A stretch of 64,000 nucleotides of DNA from positions 186,001 to 250,000 of the forward strand of contig JBODTK010000151.1 of the NCBI GenBank assembly GCA_050613775.1, read 5' to 3'. The stretch is from Neocallimastix sp. 'constans'. Lineage: Eukaryota. The position numbers were made by a program, and so were the translations under genes. Below are positions 27,974 to 41,487 of the stretch, piece after piece. The first letter of the stretch is position 1. Every line of letters begins with the position of its first letter. The notes under the pieces are model-generated. The model was not told the origin of the DNA, did no database searches, and saw only the letters and a list, made by a program, of their open reading frames with translations.

Positions 27974-28747
27974 ACTAATAAAAGTGATGTTTTTCAATTG
28001 TTATTTTTGTGTATGTATATTTCTTTTATATTATTTTTATTTGTATTTTTTTATTATTATTATTAATGTTATTACATAATCTCTATATTAAATTTTTCGA
28101 ATAATCTATTATATTTATTTATTATTTATTTATTTATTATTTATTTATTTATTTTTTATTTATTTATTTATTTATTTCCCTATAACTAATTTATTGATTG
28201 ATTGGTAAACTATTAAAACGATATATATATAAATTGATAGGATTTGACATTGTTACAAAAATTATTGTTAACATTAAATTCTCATGGATGAAAAATTGAA
28301 ATTTTAATTAAAGATATAAATAGTTATAAATAATTACACCATAAACCTATTTCAATTAACTTACTTTATTGAATAATTAAAAATAACAACAAAGGAAAAA
28401 AAAAAAAAATGAAAAATGAAATATGAAAAATTAATATTAGAGATTAATTAATTAATTAATTATCTTCATATATAATAATAATACATAAAATATTTATAGT
28501 TTTTATTTTTTATATTTTTAATTTTATTTTAACTAGTGTATTGAATAAATAAATAGTTATTTTTAAATTTTATAAATTAATTAAAATTAATAAATAATAA
28601 ACTTTTTTTTTTTTTTTTTTAATGAAAAGTAAAAATATAAATATTTAATAATTGATAAATCAATAATAAATAAAATAATAATAAATCATTGATAATAATA
28701 ATTTATATTTGTTATCAACAATTATACATAATAATAATCGAATTAAG

Positions 28748-28997
28748 AATAAATATTTCATCACATAATATACTAATACTAAAATAAATATTTCATCACA
28801 TATTATAATATACTAATACTAAAATAAATATTTCATCACATATTATAATATACTAATACTAAAATAAATATTTCATCACATATTATAATATACTAATACT
28901 AAAATAAATATTTCATCACATATTATAATATACTAATACTAAAATAAATATTTCATCACATATTATAATATACTAATACTAAAATAAATATTTCATA
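28748..28997. repeat. 40-bp minisatellite aaaataaatatttcatcacatattataatatactaatact x5 plus partial units
   Basis: Perfect units at 28781, 28821, 28861, 28901 and 28941. Confidence 0.95.
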
Positions 28998-31895
28998 TAT
29001 AATAATATTAATATTATTATTATTATTATTATTAATATAATATATATAAAGTAAAATTTTTGAATGGTTCTTAAATCGTTGATGAATAAAAAATTAAAAA
29101 AACACAAAAAGTATAAAAAAACAAAAAATATCTCTTCCCTTCTATTTCTTAATATAATAATTATTGTTTTGTTTATAGTTTTTTTAAAATAAATATGAAT
29201 AATTAGAATAATTAATAAAAAAAAATATAAATTCAATTATTCTTTCATGTTCTAGATATGTAATTTAAAGCTAAACTCAATCCTCAATCTTCGTCTCATT
29301 TTTTTCTTTCTTAATTATTAAAGAATATAAAAATATAATTTAAAATCAATAATTTTAAAAACTAATAATAAATATAAAAATAAAATATAATAAATTTATA
29401 AATAATAAAACATTATTTATTATTATTATTATTATAATTATGATAAAAATATTTAAAATATAAAAAGTGTTTTATCATTTTATCTATTTATTTTTATTTA
29501 ATATAGATTAATAAATAATAAAATTTAATTTTTGTCTGGATTTTATCCATACCATATAATTAATATATATATAATTTAAAATATATTATTTAGGAAGATT
29601 AAAATTTGTTCCTAAATAAATAATAAATATATAATCAATATATTTAAAAATATATTATAAAATTCTATTTTAAAAATAAAATTATAAAAAAAAAAGGTAA
29701 ATATTTTTTAAATATTTTTTAAATATTTTTTAAATTTTTTTTTTATTTTTTTATATGTTGAATTGACATATTTCTTTTTTTTTTTTTTAAATAATAAAGT
29801 TTAAATAATAAAAAAAATAGAAATAAAAATAAATTTTAATTTATATAAATATATTAGTAATATATTATTATATATAAAATTTATATTTTTAATGTAAATA
29901 ATATATATTAATAATATATGATAAATTTATAATTCGATTAAAACATAATATTGAAATTTATAAAAAATAAAAAAAAAAAACAAAAAAAAAAAATTATTTT
30001 TAATATTATGTTCAATTAAATTAATGAATAATTGAGTAAAGCTCTTAAAATTATGCATAGAATAAAATAAATAATAATAAATTATAAAGTTTAAATATTA
30101 TATTTAATTAGAAATTTTTTTTTGTATTTCTTAATTCTCAATATTAAAATATATTAAATATATATTAAATTGTATTTAAATAACTCTGAAAAAATAAATA
30201 AAAGTTTTTTGTAATACTTTAAAAATAAAAAGACCTTTTTTTTTAAAAAAAAAATAAATAGGTCACAAACTCTATTTTTATTAAATAATCTGTAAATTTT
30301 AAGCAATATAATTATTATTATATAGTATATATATTTTAATATGAATGATATTGTTATTTTCACAAATAATAAAATAATAAATAATTAAATTTAATATATT
30401 TGTACTATTTTATTTAAATATATTATACGATATATTTAATTTAAATTAGACCTATTAATATATATAACTAATTTTCTTTTTCATTTAGTAATATATATAA
30501 TCTATATTCGATTCATATTAATATATTTTATATTAAATATCTTTTCTATTGACTACTATTTATAATTATATATATTATTAATATATGATTTTCAATATTT
30601 TTTTAATTAATTTGTTTTAAAAATATATTTATTTATTATAAATAATTAATGATTATGGTTATTTATATATATATTTTTTATATCTATACTTTAATATATA
30701 TGTATATACACTTTTTTTAGGCAACATTAATTAGAACTTTTTTTTTTATAATTTTCATTTATGTTTCTATTTAATTTTTTATACATTAATTTTTTATATT
30801 GTATACAATATATATTGTAAATTGTAGAGTATTTTTATTTCAATATTAATCTATATAATTTTTATTATAGTTTTTTTTAAATAAAAAGTAGAAAAGAAAA
30901 TAAATAAATAATTAATAATGAATACATAATAAATAATAATAATTAAAATTCAATTATATATATAGTTATTTTATATTTTATATTTCATTCTAAAATATAT
31001 TTAATATTTCTTTTTAATTTGTATTTAATTTTATTTTATTACATTCAATTTAATTTATATATTTTATTTTATTAAAAGTTTATTTAATAATATTACATAT
31101 TATATTGTTAGTATATTATATATATTATATTGTTACCATATATATAATAGTTATCATATATAATTAAATAATATATATAGTTTTGTTTTTTTTGTTTATA
31201 TTTATAAAGAAAAAATCTTCTCCAAATTTTTTATTTTTTTTTATTTTAAAATATTTTGATAAAAAAGTCTTTTTTTTTTTTTTTTTGCTTTTTTTAATAA
31301 ACGCAATTATTTAAAAAGAGAGAAAAAAAAAAAAAAGGAAGAAGAAAAAAATATATAAAAGGTATTTATTATTACGAAGAAACTATTAAAAAAAAAAAAA
31401 AAAAACTTTTAAATGAAAATTATAATATAATATTTATTCATTCAAAAAATAAAAAAAATAAAAAATATATATGTTTCAAAGAGAAAAAAAAATAAATAAA
31501 TAAAATTTATTTTAAAGATATTAAATTGATAAAGAAAAGATAACAAAAAAAAAGAAAGAATATTATTAAAAGTAAAAATTATGGAATAAATATAAAAAAA
31601 ATATTATTTGAAGAATAGTCAAAATAATTGAAATAGTAATTGATACTTGAAGTTAAAGTATATAAAAATATATTATAAATGAAATAGAAGTAAAAATATG
31701 AAGATTTATTAATAAAGTAAAATAAGTTTTATAAGAAGTAAGAAATTGGAAAATAATATAAAATATAATAAGTATTAAATGTTAATGTTTTTATATTATA
31801 TTTTTATTAATAAAATATTAAAATTATAGAATAATAATTAAATTCAAAGTTATAAAAAGTTTATAAATTTATTTAAGTTAAAAAAAAAAATCAAA

Positions 31896-32367
31896 ATGGC
31901 TATGCCAATGTACAATAGCAAGCAACAACAGCAATATTTAATGGAACAGCAGTACATTAATGATTACTACAACAATTATCAATCTTCCCAATATCCAATA
32001 CATCAACCTGTATATAATACTGTTCAAAATCCAAAGATTTCTTATGCTAAGCAACAACAAAAGTTACAAAAGTTAAACAATCATATTATTAAATTAAAGG
32101 AACAATTACATCATCCAACTATACTAGTTTCTGTAGCAGCTGCCTCGTATGTATAAACATATATTTTAAATCATAATCATAAAAATATTATTTTTTTATT
32201 TGATAATACTAATAAAAAATTATTTATATTAATCTATAAATAGTTTAATAAAATATACTACAAGTAATTATGATCCTTTGATTCCAAAATCTTTCGATTC
32301 CTTTGAAAAGGTTGAAAATCCATACACCGTTAAAAAGAATGCTTCTTGCAATTGTACAATTCTATAA
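31896..32367 (+). CDS. STE18: Heterotrimeric G-protein gamma subunit (Ste18/Gpg1-like); join(31896..32146,32244..32367), 124 aa
   Basis: Donor GTATGT at 32147, branch-like tactaat near 32207, acceptor TAG at 32241-32243. The spliced product ends ..KLQKLNNHIIKLKEQLHHPTILVSVAAASLIKYTTSNYDPLIPKSFDSFEKVENPYTVKKNASCNCTIL*, which matches the GGL pattern (VSxAA, DPL, NPY) plus CAAX (CTIL). Confidence 0.9.
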
Positions 32368-33116
32368 ATTTATTAAGTTATTAAAAAAATCGTAAATACG
32401 AAAGTAATTTATTTTTTTTTATTTTTAAAATAAAAAAAAGTAAATAAATCCAAAAATAAACTAGTAATAAGAATTTAATTAGTAATAATAATAAAATTTT
32501 AATTTATAAAAAAAATATTATAATAAATAATAATAGTTTTATTTTTTTAATACATATAAATATTAAAAAATTAGTTTAAAATTTACTAAATATAAATTCA
32601 TAAATAATTTCTTTTTTTTTTATAATCATAAATTTTTTTTTATAAATATTAAAAAAAAAAAATAATAAAAAATATATAATATAATAGTAACAATAAAATA
32701 GAATAAAAATTTAATTTTAATGTTATTGTTTATTTTAAAAGAATGGTACAAGAAATAATATAATAAAATTCAACTTCTATATATATATTTTTTTGTACCA
32801 GAAATAATTTTATTATGTAATTCAAATTAAAAGAAAAATATATATAAGTAAATTAATGTTAATTTTATATATATATTTATTTGTTATATATGTTAAAATT
32901 ATTATTCTTTTTAAAATAGTACTATTATCTTTTGTATATATAAAAAGTTTTTTTTTTATTATATAATTTTTTTTTTATTATTTATAGTATTAATAATAAA
33001 AAAAATATAGTAATAAAGAAAAAAAAAAAAATGAAAAAAGAAATCTTTTATAAACTAACACGAACTCTACAATTCATAAATTAATTTTTACTAAACATAT
33101 TTATATATATAAAAGA

Positions 33117-33157
<41 letters not shown>

Positions 33158-33215
33158 AGAAAAATTTTCTTTAAAAACATAATTTAGCTTAAAAAATACA
33201 TAAAAAATTAAAAAA

Positions 33216-33246
<31 letters not shown>

Positions 33247-33579
33247 GAAATAAGAATATTATTATATTATTCTGAATAGATATTATAATTTAAATAGATT
33301 AGATTTAAAATATAAATAAATAATAAAAAAAAAAAAAAAAAAAAAAAAATATGAAATATAAATTTTAACAGTAAAATAAATATAAAAATTAAAAAAAAAA
33401 AAATAAAAATAAAATAAAATAAAAAATAATAATAGTGATAATAATAAATTTGGTGTTATTTTATTTTATATATTTAATATTTGTAATTGTTTTTGTTTTG
33501 TTTTATATAAAGATCACCAAAAATAGAATTGTTTTATATTTTTGTATATACATAAATGATTTTAATGATAGAGAAAAAT

Positions 33580-33617
<38 letters not shown>

Positions 33618-33621
<4 letters not shown>

Positions 33622-34365
33622 TTTATTTTATTTTATTTTATTTTATTCAATCTGTACTTTATATTTATATTCTACTATTTATTTTATTTTATTTTATTTT
33701 ATTTTATTTTATTTTATTTTATTTTATTTTATTTTATTTTATTTTATTCAATCTGTACTTTATATTTATATTCTACTATTTATTTTATTTTATTTTATTT
33801 TATTTTATTTTATTTTATTTTATTTTATTTTATTTTATTTTATTTTATTTTATTTTATTTTATTTTATTTTATTTTATTTTATTTTATTTTATTTTATTT
33901 TATTTTATTTTATTTTATTTTATTTTATTTTATTTTATTTTATTTTATTTTATTCAATCTGTACTTTATATTTATATTCTACTATTTATTTTATTTTATT
34001 TTATTTTATTTTATTTTATTTTATTTTATTTTATTTTATTTTATTTTATTTTATTTTATTTTATTTTATTTTATTTTATTTTATTTTATTTTATTTTATT
34101 TTATTTTATTTTATTTTATTTTATTTTATTTTATTTTATTTTATTTTATTTTATTTTATTTTATTTTATTTTATTTTATTTTATTTTATTTTATTTTATT
34201 TTATTTTATTTTATTTTATTTTATTTTATTTTATTTTATTTTATTAAATCTTTACTTTATATTCTACTATTTATTTTATTTTATTTTATTTTATTTTATT
34301 TTATTTTATTAAATCTTTACTTTATATTCTACTATTTATTTTATTTTATTTTATTTTATTTTATT
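33618..34365. repeat. (TTTTA)n array punctuated by a 26-32 bp motif (caatctgtactttatatttatattctactatt)
   Basis: Motif at ~33648, 33749 and 33955; shorter variants at 34246 and 34311. Confidence 0.9.
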
Positions 34366-34589
34366 TTTAATTTTTGTTATTTTATATTTTACTTTATCTT
34401 TTATTTTACATTTTATGTTTATCTTTAAATTATATAATATATTTTTTTAAAAAAAAGAAAAATATAATTATTTGTTTAATAAAGCACTGATAGTGTATTC
34501 TCTTCCTAGTCTAAAAAAAAAAAAAAAAAAAAAAAAATTATCTTATTTGATTGCAAATTTCATATTTTGTGAGGACTTACAGAATAGCT

Positions 34590-34635
34590 ATTCTTATTAT
34601 TATTATTCTTATTATTCTTATTCTTATTCTTATTC

Positions 34636-34705
<70 letters not shown>
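34590..34705. repeat. (TTATTC)n/(TAT)n microsatellite
   Basis: Seen directly in the sequence. Confidence 0.85.
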
Positions 34706-34782
34706 ATATTATTAAATATTATTACATAAAAATGAATTAAAGTCTTTTAAAAAAAAAAAAATTATTTTAGATATTTATTTAA

Positions 34783-35208
34783 AATTGTTGTCTCTATTGC
34801 TCATGCTGTGGTAAAAGTGATCATTTATTTGAATGCTTCACATTTTTTAGTGTTAGTTCGAAATCATTAGATTTTGTCAATGACCAATTTTATATTTTTG
34901 TTTTTTGGAAGTAAAAATTAGGATATTTATTGTTTTTTTTTTTTTTTTTACAATCAAAAAATAGATGAATTGAAAAAAAAAAAAAAGTACCATAAAAAAA
35001 TAATAAAAAAGAAAAAAAGAATATAAATATAAATGTAAAATAATAATAATATTAATAATAATAATAATAATAATTAGTAGGAAATATAAATATAAAGTAC
35101 AGAATCCAAATAATATAAAATGAATATTTATATATATTATGTTTCTTCTTTGGGGTGAAACTCTAGCTTTAGATTGAGCTGAAATTCAATACTGGGGAAT
35201 AAAGAGAC

Positions 35209-35250
<42 letters not shown>
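34783..35250 (+). mobile_element. Probable highly decayed LINE 3' end (zinc-knuckle remnant, 3' UTR, poly(A))
   Basis: Translates YCSCCGKSDHLFECFTF..SLDFV, resembling the CxxC..H..C of LINE C-termini. A segment richer in GC at 35145-35212 is followed by A38. Confidence 0.4.
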
Positions 35251-35255
<5 letters not shown>

Positions 35256-35686
35256 TCTACTGAATAGTTCTGAGGTCTAATATTATGTATATAGTTACCC
35301 TATCTGACTTAATTTTTATTATCTTATCATTAATAAAAACTCTAAAAAATATATATATATAAATAATAATAATAATAATAATAAATTTTTATTATCTTAT
35401 CATTAATAAAAACTCTAAAAAAAAATAAATAAATAAATAATAATAATAATAATAATAATATAAAAATAAAATTTTATATTTTATGCTTTACAAAATACCT
35501 TTTACTAAAATGATATGCTAATTATTAATAAGTATTTTTTGTTTTTATTTTTTATTTTTTATTTTATTTTATTTTTTTTTTTTTACACTATTATGAATAA
35601 TTTTGTGTCTTATTAAATGACCTGAATCTACCATTACCATTAATTGAAATAGTAAAGGTAAAGAAGAAAAATCAGATATCAAAATT

Positions 35687-35752
<66 letters not shown>

Positions 35753-35870
35753 GAAAAAAATAAAAAATAAAAAATAAAAATAAAATAGATCATTCTTAAA
35801 AATTAATATTATGTATTTTTATTAAAAATTCAAAATTTAAAAAATTAATATCATGAATTTTTATTAAAAA

Positions 35871-36899
35871 TTCAAAATTTTCTGTATAATTTAAATGATT
35901 AAACCCAGAAAACACTTGTTTTTTTATTTTTATTTTTTTTTTTTTTTTTGGATGTTTGGGTTACTACATTTGCTCACTCCCGACTAATCTCGACAAATCT
36001 ACGCAGTTCCACTGCGTTCCATGCTCGATTTTCTCGCTTGTCTCAGTGAGCAGCATTGCTTAACGGATTCTTTGTGTGTTTTCTGGGTTTAAAATCATAG
36101 CATTTTTGCATATATTTGTTATAAAAACCATATTGTTGATATATATCTAAATTTGGAAGGCTTAATCAATAGATGTTATAGCATAGTTTTTGATAAAATA
36201 AATGATAAAAATCAGTATATTTTAATTAATATTTTCAGGCCTAATTAATTCAATGAACAAAACAGCTATGAAATACTATAAATGATGATTCTTTGAAGTT
36301 TAATGAATGACAAAACTGGGATGTTGTTCAGTTAATTTAATATAAATTCAGAATTCAATGAACTTCAAAACTGTGATGATTATATATAAATGATAGTATT
36401 TTGAAGTATTTTTGCAAAAACCTAGCTTGTTTTTATAAATATTCTGAAGCATGTTTTTGACCAGTTGAATGATCAAAAACATATGATGATCAACTAGCTA
36501 GGTTTTTTGCATAACTTTGCTGTATTTCTGCATATATATATTATTTTTAAATGAACAATATTTTGCAATATGATGATTTTGAATGCTTTTTATGATCAAA
36601 ACTGCTATGATTTTATCAAACAAATAATGCAAAAATATCGATAAATATATGAAAATCATAGCTATATATTGTTCAAAGCATTCAAAATCATAACCATAAC
36701 AATTATTATTAATATTATTTTTATGAACAATATGGTTGAATGATTGTATTTGTATGCCATTTTACAACACATTTTGCTAATATATTTTTATTTGGAAGCC
36801 CATATTAATATATGAACAACATAGGTGTTTGATGCTAAAACTATGCTAAAAACTATACCATTTTCATTAAAAAAAAAATAAAAAAAAAAAAATAAAAAT

Positions 36900-36930
<31 letters not shown>

Positions 36931-37351
36931 TAAAAATAAAATAAAAATAAAAATAAAAAATAAAATAAAAATAAAATAAAAAAATAAATAAAAAAAATAA
37001 ATAAAAATAAATAAAATATATATGCATAGTTTTAGCATAATCATAACATAAATATACCAAAAATTAATTATAAAAGTTATATGATTTTTATTAAACAACT
37101 TGGCTATATATGTTAATTGAATATATATCAAAATTGTATCGTTAATTGAACTTTCAAAACTATATCATATATATATAATCATTGCTGTTTTTGATCATAT
37201 TTGATATAGCCTTTAAAAATATTAAATTATCAACACATAGTTTTGAACATATATTTGTCATAAAACCTGTATGTTTATTTTAATAATTGGATATTTTGCA
37301 AAATATCCTTTAATTCTTTCCTATCATTTAAATTATACAGAAAATTTTGAA
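35871..37351. mobile_element. 1.48-kb segment bounded by a perfect 29-bp inverted repeat; putative non-autonomous DNA element
   Basis: ttcaaaattttctgtataatttaaatgat (35871-35899) and its exact reverse complement (37323-37351). The interior has degenerate recurrent motifs (aaaactatgc/gcatagtttt, ttttgatca). Confidence 0.55.
35903..36088. mobile_element. 186-bp MITE-like element with 13-bp TIRs flanked by TTAA
   Basis: TTAA|acccagaaaacac (35899-35915) ... gtgttttctgggt|TTAA (36076-36092), with an internal GC-rich hairpin. Confidence 0.7.
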
Positions 37352-37359
37352 GGAGTAAA

Positions 37360-37584
37360 TCTATGCCCTGGAAAATAAATAGCAATATTCATAAGCATAA
37401 CTATTTTATTTATTTTTTTTCATTCGTAAGTACAATTACCTTAGTTTTATCATGATGATAAATGGCTTTCAATGTGAGATGATATTTTAATATTCTTTTG
37501 ATACTGAAAACTCATCCACGTTGATAGGAATATTTTGCTTTAGCATAAAAGTGACCGTCTTATATTTTTGATAATTAATAGTTA

Positions 37585-37622
<38 letters not shown>

Positions 37623-38330
37623 TATCTATTATCATACCCATCTTTTATATTACAATCAACACCATGCCATACTTTAGAAGATAGTCAAAGATTGAAATTT
37701 CATCAGTATAATACATCATATCATCAAAAGCTGTAATAATGAGACATTTCCCATTTTCTTGTCTTTAAGCATTAATATCAATACTGAACTTTAAATCATC
37801 GCTTTTCTATAAAATATAGTATCAATTTTAAATTATGAAATTTTAATAGCTATTTTATGATTATAAGAAAACGAGTATCATATTTTTTCTTTTAATGGAT
37901 TCCAAATCCAATAAGTCAATGATTCTATCACAATCTGTAAGATATTTTTTTAATAAAATTTCAATAAGATAAATCATAATAACAGTTTTTATTCCTTTTA
38001 CTAGCAACCAATTTAAACTTTTTCAAGATTACTATTTTAAAATACGGAAAAGCTTGAGACTTATCAATGTTTCTATCAATAATTTTAATATAATGATATT
38101 GTTATTTTCAATGGCTTCAACAAGATTGAGTTTAAAATTAACGGTCTACCTGTCAAACATTTTATTATTGATAAATATTTTTCTTGACACTTAATTCTAA
38201 ATAATTTTAGTTTCTATTAAATTGAAATTATTATTTCAATTTAATAGAAACTAGAAAATTATTTTGAATTAAGTCATTAATATTGTTAATATTAGTGGTA
38301 TGAAAATTGGTGTTTTTGATGTTGGTGTTG
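37360..38330 (-). pseudogene. Heavily decayed ankyrin-repeat gene remnant
   Basis: Minus-strand fragments such as LVEAIENNNI, DINA..ENGKCLIITAF and LLKYG..GVDCNIKDGYDN, with many stops and A-run insertions. Confidence 0.45.
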
Positions 38331-38488
38331 TTTTTATTTATAACATTTTGAAATATATATTCAATATATATATATATATATATTTTTCATTAATTAATTT
38401 TAAAACATAGAAAAACTTTCATTTAAATTATATATTACACATCTTTTAAAAACATCTTTTTGATAAAAAAAAATTATTTAATATTTTA

Positions 38489-38537
38489 AATAATAATAAT
38501 AATAATAATAATAGTAATAATAATAATAATAATAATA

Positions 38538-38598
<61 letters not shown>

Positions 38599-38627
38599 TG
38601 ATAATAATAATGATAATGATGATGATG
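38489..38627. repeat. (AAT)n/(GAT)n microsatellite
   Basis: Seen directly in the sequence. Confidence 0.85.
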
Positions 38628-39321
38628 TTAATTTAACAACAAAAATAATTAGAAAAATAATTAGAGTGTGGAACCTTTTAGCTAAAATATTTACAATCGG
38701 TTGAATTATATCAATTAATGAAAATAGTCTTGCTTCACCATTGTTACTATTATTTAGCTTCTTTAAATTCTTTAATATTAATAAAAAAAAAAATAAAAAT
38801 GAATAAATAAAATTATCTTCTAACTATAATAAAATAATTCATTATTCATAATTGGTAATATTATTAATATAAAGTGATGAATAAAAATATTGTTTATTGT
38901 ATTATTATTATTATTATTAAATTATCCTTTCCATTATTTTAATAAATAATAATATGTTATTCTTTTTTTTTTTTTTTTTAAATATTATTCATTCCATCAT
39001 AATAAAATTTTTGGTAAATCCCATAATATATAATTTATAAATTAATTTTTATCTTAAATTTTTTTTTTTTTTCTTTATATTTTTCTGTTTATATAAATTC
39101 ATTTTATTATATATATATATATGTTTTGTCTATAGATTACATGAAATAATTTATAGGCAAAAAAAATATTAAATATATATGAAGTAAGAATTAATAAAAT
39201 GATAATGAAACATAAAAATTAATATATGAATGAATGAATAATATAATATAATAAAATAAGATAAGATAAAAATAAAAATAAAAATGAACCTATGATAGAA
39301 ATAATGATAATAGATTTTATA

Positions 39322-39356
<35 letters not shown>

Positions 39357-39377
39357 GAAAAATATTTTAATTATTAA

Positions 39378-40335
39378 AAATTAAATCAATAACCTTAATT
39401 CTAATTTTTTTAATATGAACCTCCTGGTCAAAATAAAAAATTTCATATTCATAATAATTTAGAATAATGGATAAAAAAATTGTTTATTCTATCATTATAA
39501 ATTTACTTTTTTCATTATTTAATAAATTAAATATTTTTTTTTATAGATATTATTATATTATTCATTCCATCATAAAAATATTATTTATGTAAATTAATTA
39601 TTATTTTTTTTAATAATAAATTAGGTATTAAAATAAATAAATAATAATAATAATAAAAGATATATAAAGGTATAATTAATGATTTTGAGATATTAAATAA
39701 AATAATAAGAGTTATATCTTTAATACAAAGTAATTTATGATATAATATATAAATAATAATTTATAATAATATTAAATATTAAAATGTCTAAACAATAATA
39801 ACATATAAAAAAAAAAAAAAAATTAAAAAATAAATCAATAACCTTAATTCTAATTTTTTAATATTAACTTTTTGATCAAAATATAAAAATTCATCTTTCG
39901 TAATTAACTAATATTAATAATAATTTAGAACGATGAATAAAAATATATTCTATCATTATTAATTTATTTTTTTATCCATTATTTTAATAAATTAAATATT
40001 TTTTTTTTATTAAATTATATTATTTATTTCATCATAATAAAATTACTATAAGTTATGTAAATTATTATTTTTAATAATAATAAATTCGATATTTTATAAA
40101 AATAAATAATGATAATAAAAATAAAAATAAGATTTCTAAAAATATAATTGATTATAATAATTTTGAGATAATAAATAAAATAATAAGAATTATATCTTTT
40201 AATACATAGTAATTAATCATATAATATATAAATAACAATTTATAATGACATTAAATAATAAAATGTCCAAATAACAATAATATAAAAAAAAAAAAAAAAA
40301 AAAAAAAAAAGTTAAAATTAAATCAATATCATTAA
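39378..40335. repeat. Diverged ~450-490 bp tandem duplication (2 units plus the start of a third)
   Basis: taaatcaataaccttaattctaatttttt near 39382 and 39831. ttttgagata..aaataataaga(g/a)ttatatcttt and aaaatgtc appear in both units. taaatcaata recurs near 40319. Confidence 0.75.
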
Positions 40336-40501
40336 TAATAAAAAAATTATTATTATTTAACCATAATAAAAGTGTTTATAATAAAAAGGGTGATAAATAT
40401 TGTTTATGTTTAATATCGATAATTAAATAGAACATTATAATATATTAATATCAATATCACATTGATATTGTTTTATAAATTAATATTATTATTTTTTATT
40501 T

Positions 40502-40536
<35 letters not shown>

Positions 40537-40982
40537 TTGTTGTTGTTGTATTATTATAACAGAAAAATAATTTTTTTTCAAATTACGGGGAATATTCTAT
40601 GGATAAAAAAAAATAGCTTTTATTATATTAAGTTTAAGAAGAAAAAATACATAATGAATATAAGAAATAATTAAAATAATTAAAAAAAAGGATATTTAAT
40701 GAAATCAAAAATTAATAAAATAATATATTTTTAATGTAATTAAAAATTAATAAAATAATATATAAATATTTTCTATATATATTAAGTAGTAAATGTTAAT
40801 AAGATATTAAATTTATTTTTATATTGTTCAAAAAATTAATAACTGAATTTTGTATAATTTTTAAAGAATATATATATTTATATTAAATTAAAAATATAAT
40901 TAATTTGGATAAATAATTTAATAATAAGGCTACTTTTAAAAGTATTAAGATATATTTATTTAAACATAATTAAAACAATCTA

Positions 40983-41068
40983 TAATTAAAGATTAAAAAT
41001 TAATAATTAAAGATTAAAAATTAATAATTAAAGATTAAAAATTAATAATTAAAGATTAAAAATTAATA
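40983..41068. repeat. 21-bp tandem repeat (taattaaagattaaaaattaa) x4
   Basis: Seen directly in the sequence. Confidence 0.9.
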
Positions 41069-41456
41069 TATGGTATGATTAAAAATATATGTTAATGAAT
41101 TGTAGTTAATAATTAATGATCAAAAAAATAGGATTAATAATTAATGATTAATGATTATTAATAAAACATTAAATTTATTAATAAATGTAATAAAAATGAA
41201 TATTTAAAAATTAACAAAAGTTTTATTAAATATCTTTTCGGATATATATTAAATTGTTTTTCTTAATCAAATATTAAATTATTTAGAATTATACTATTAA
41301 AATTTGAATTTCATAAACATATTATTATTATTATTATTAAAAATAAGATCTATTTACTTAATCGATAATATTATAATAAAATGATAGAATACATTTATTT
41401 TTTACATTATATCACGCTGTCGTACCATCTTTTCTTTAATATTATATTAAAATTTC

Positions 41457-41487
<31 letters not shown>

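Noticed and set aside
28781..28980. 40-bp repeat as a CRISPR array
   Set aside because: Head-to-tail units with no spacers.
31472..31478. Ste12 pheromone-response element (TGTTTCA) upstream of the G-gamma gene
   Set aside because: It is a single site, and several are expected by chance at this base composition (others at 1081, 11213, 20125, 39206, 52509).
33435..34428. Long ORFs of 244-290 aa (FILFY repeats), and a CRISPR-like look from the recurring motif
   Set aside because: They are translations of (TTTTA)n. The intervening sequences are microsatellite rather than unique spacers, the context is eukaryotic, and there are no cas genes.
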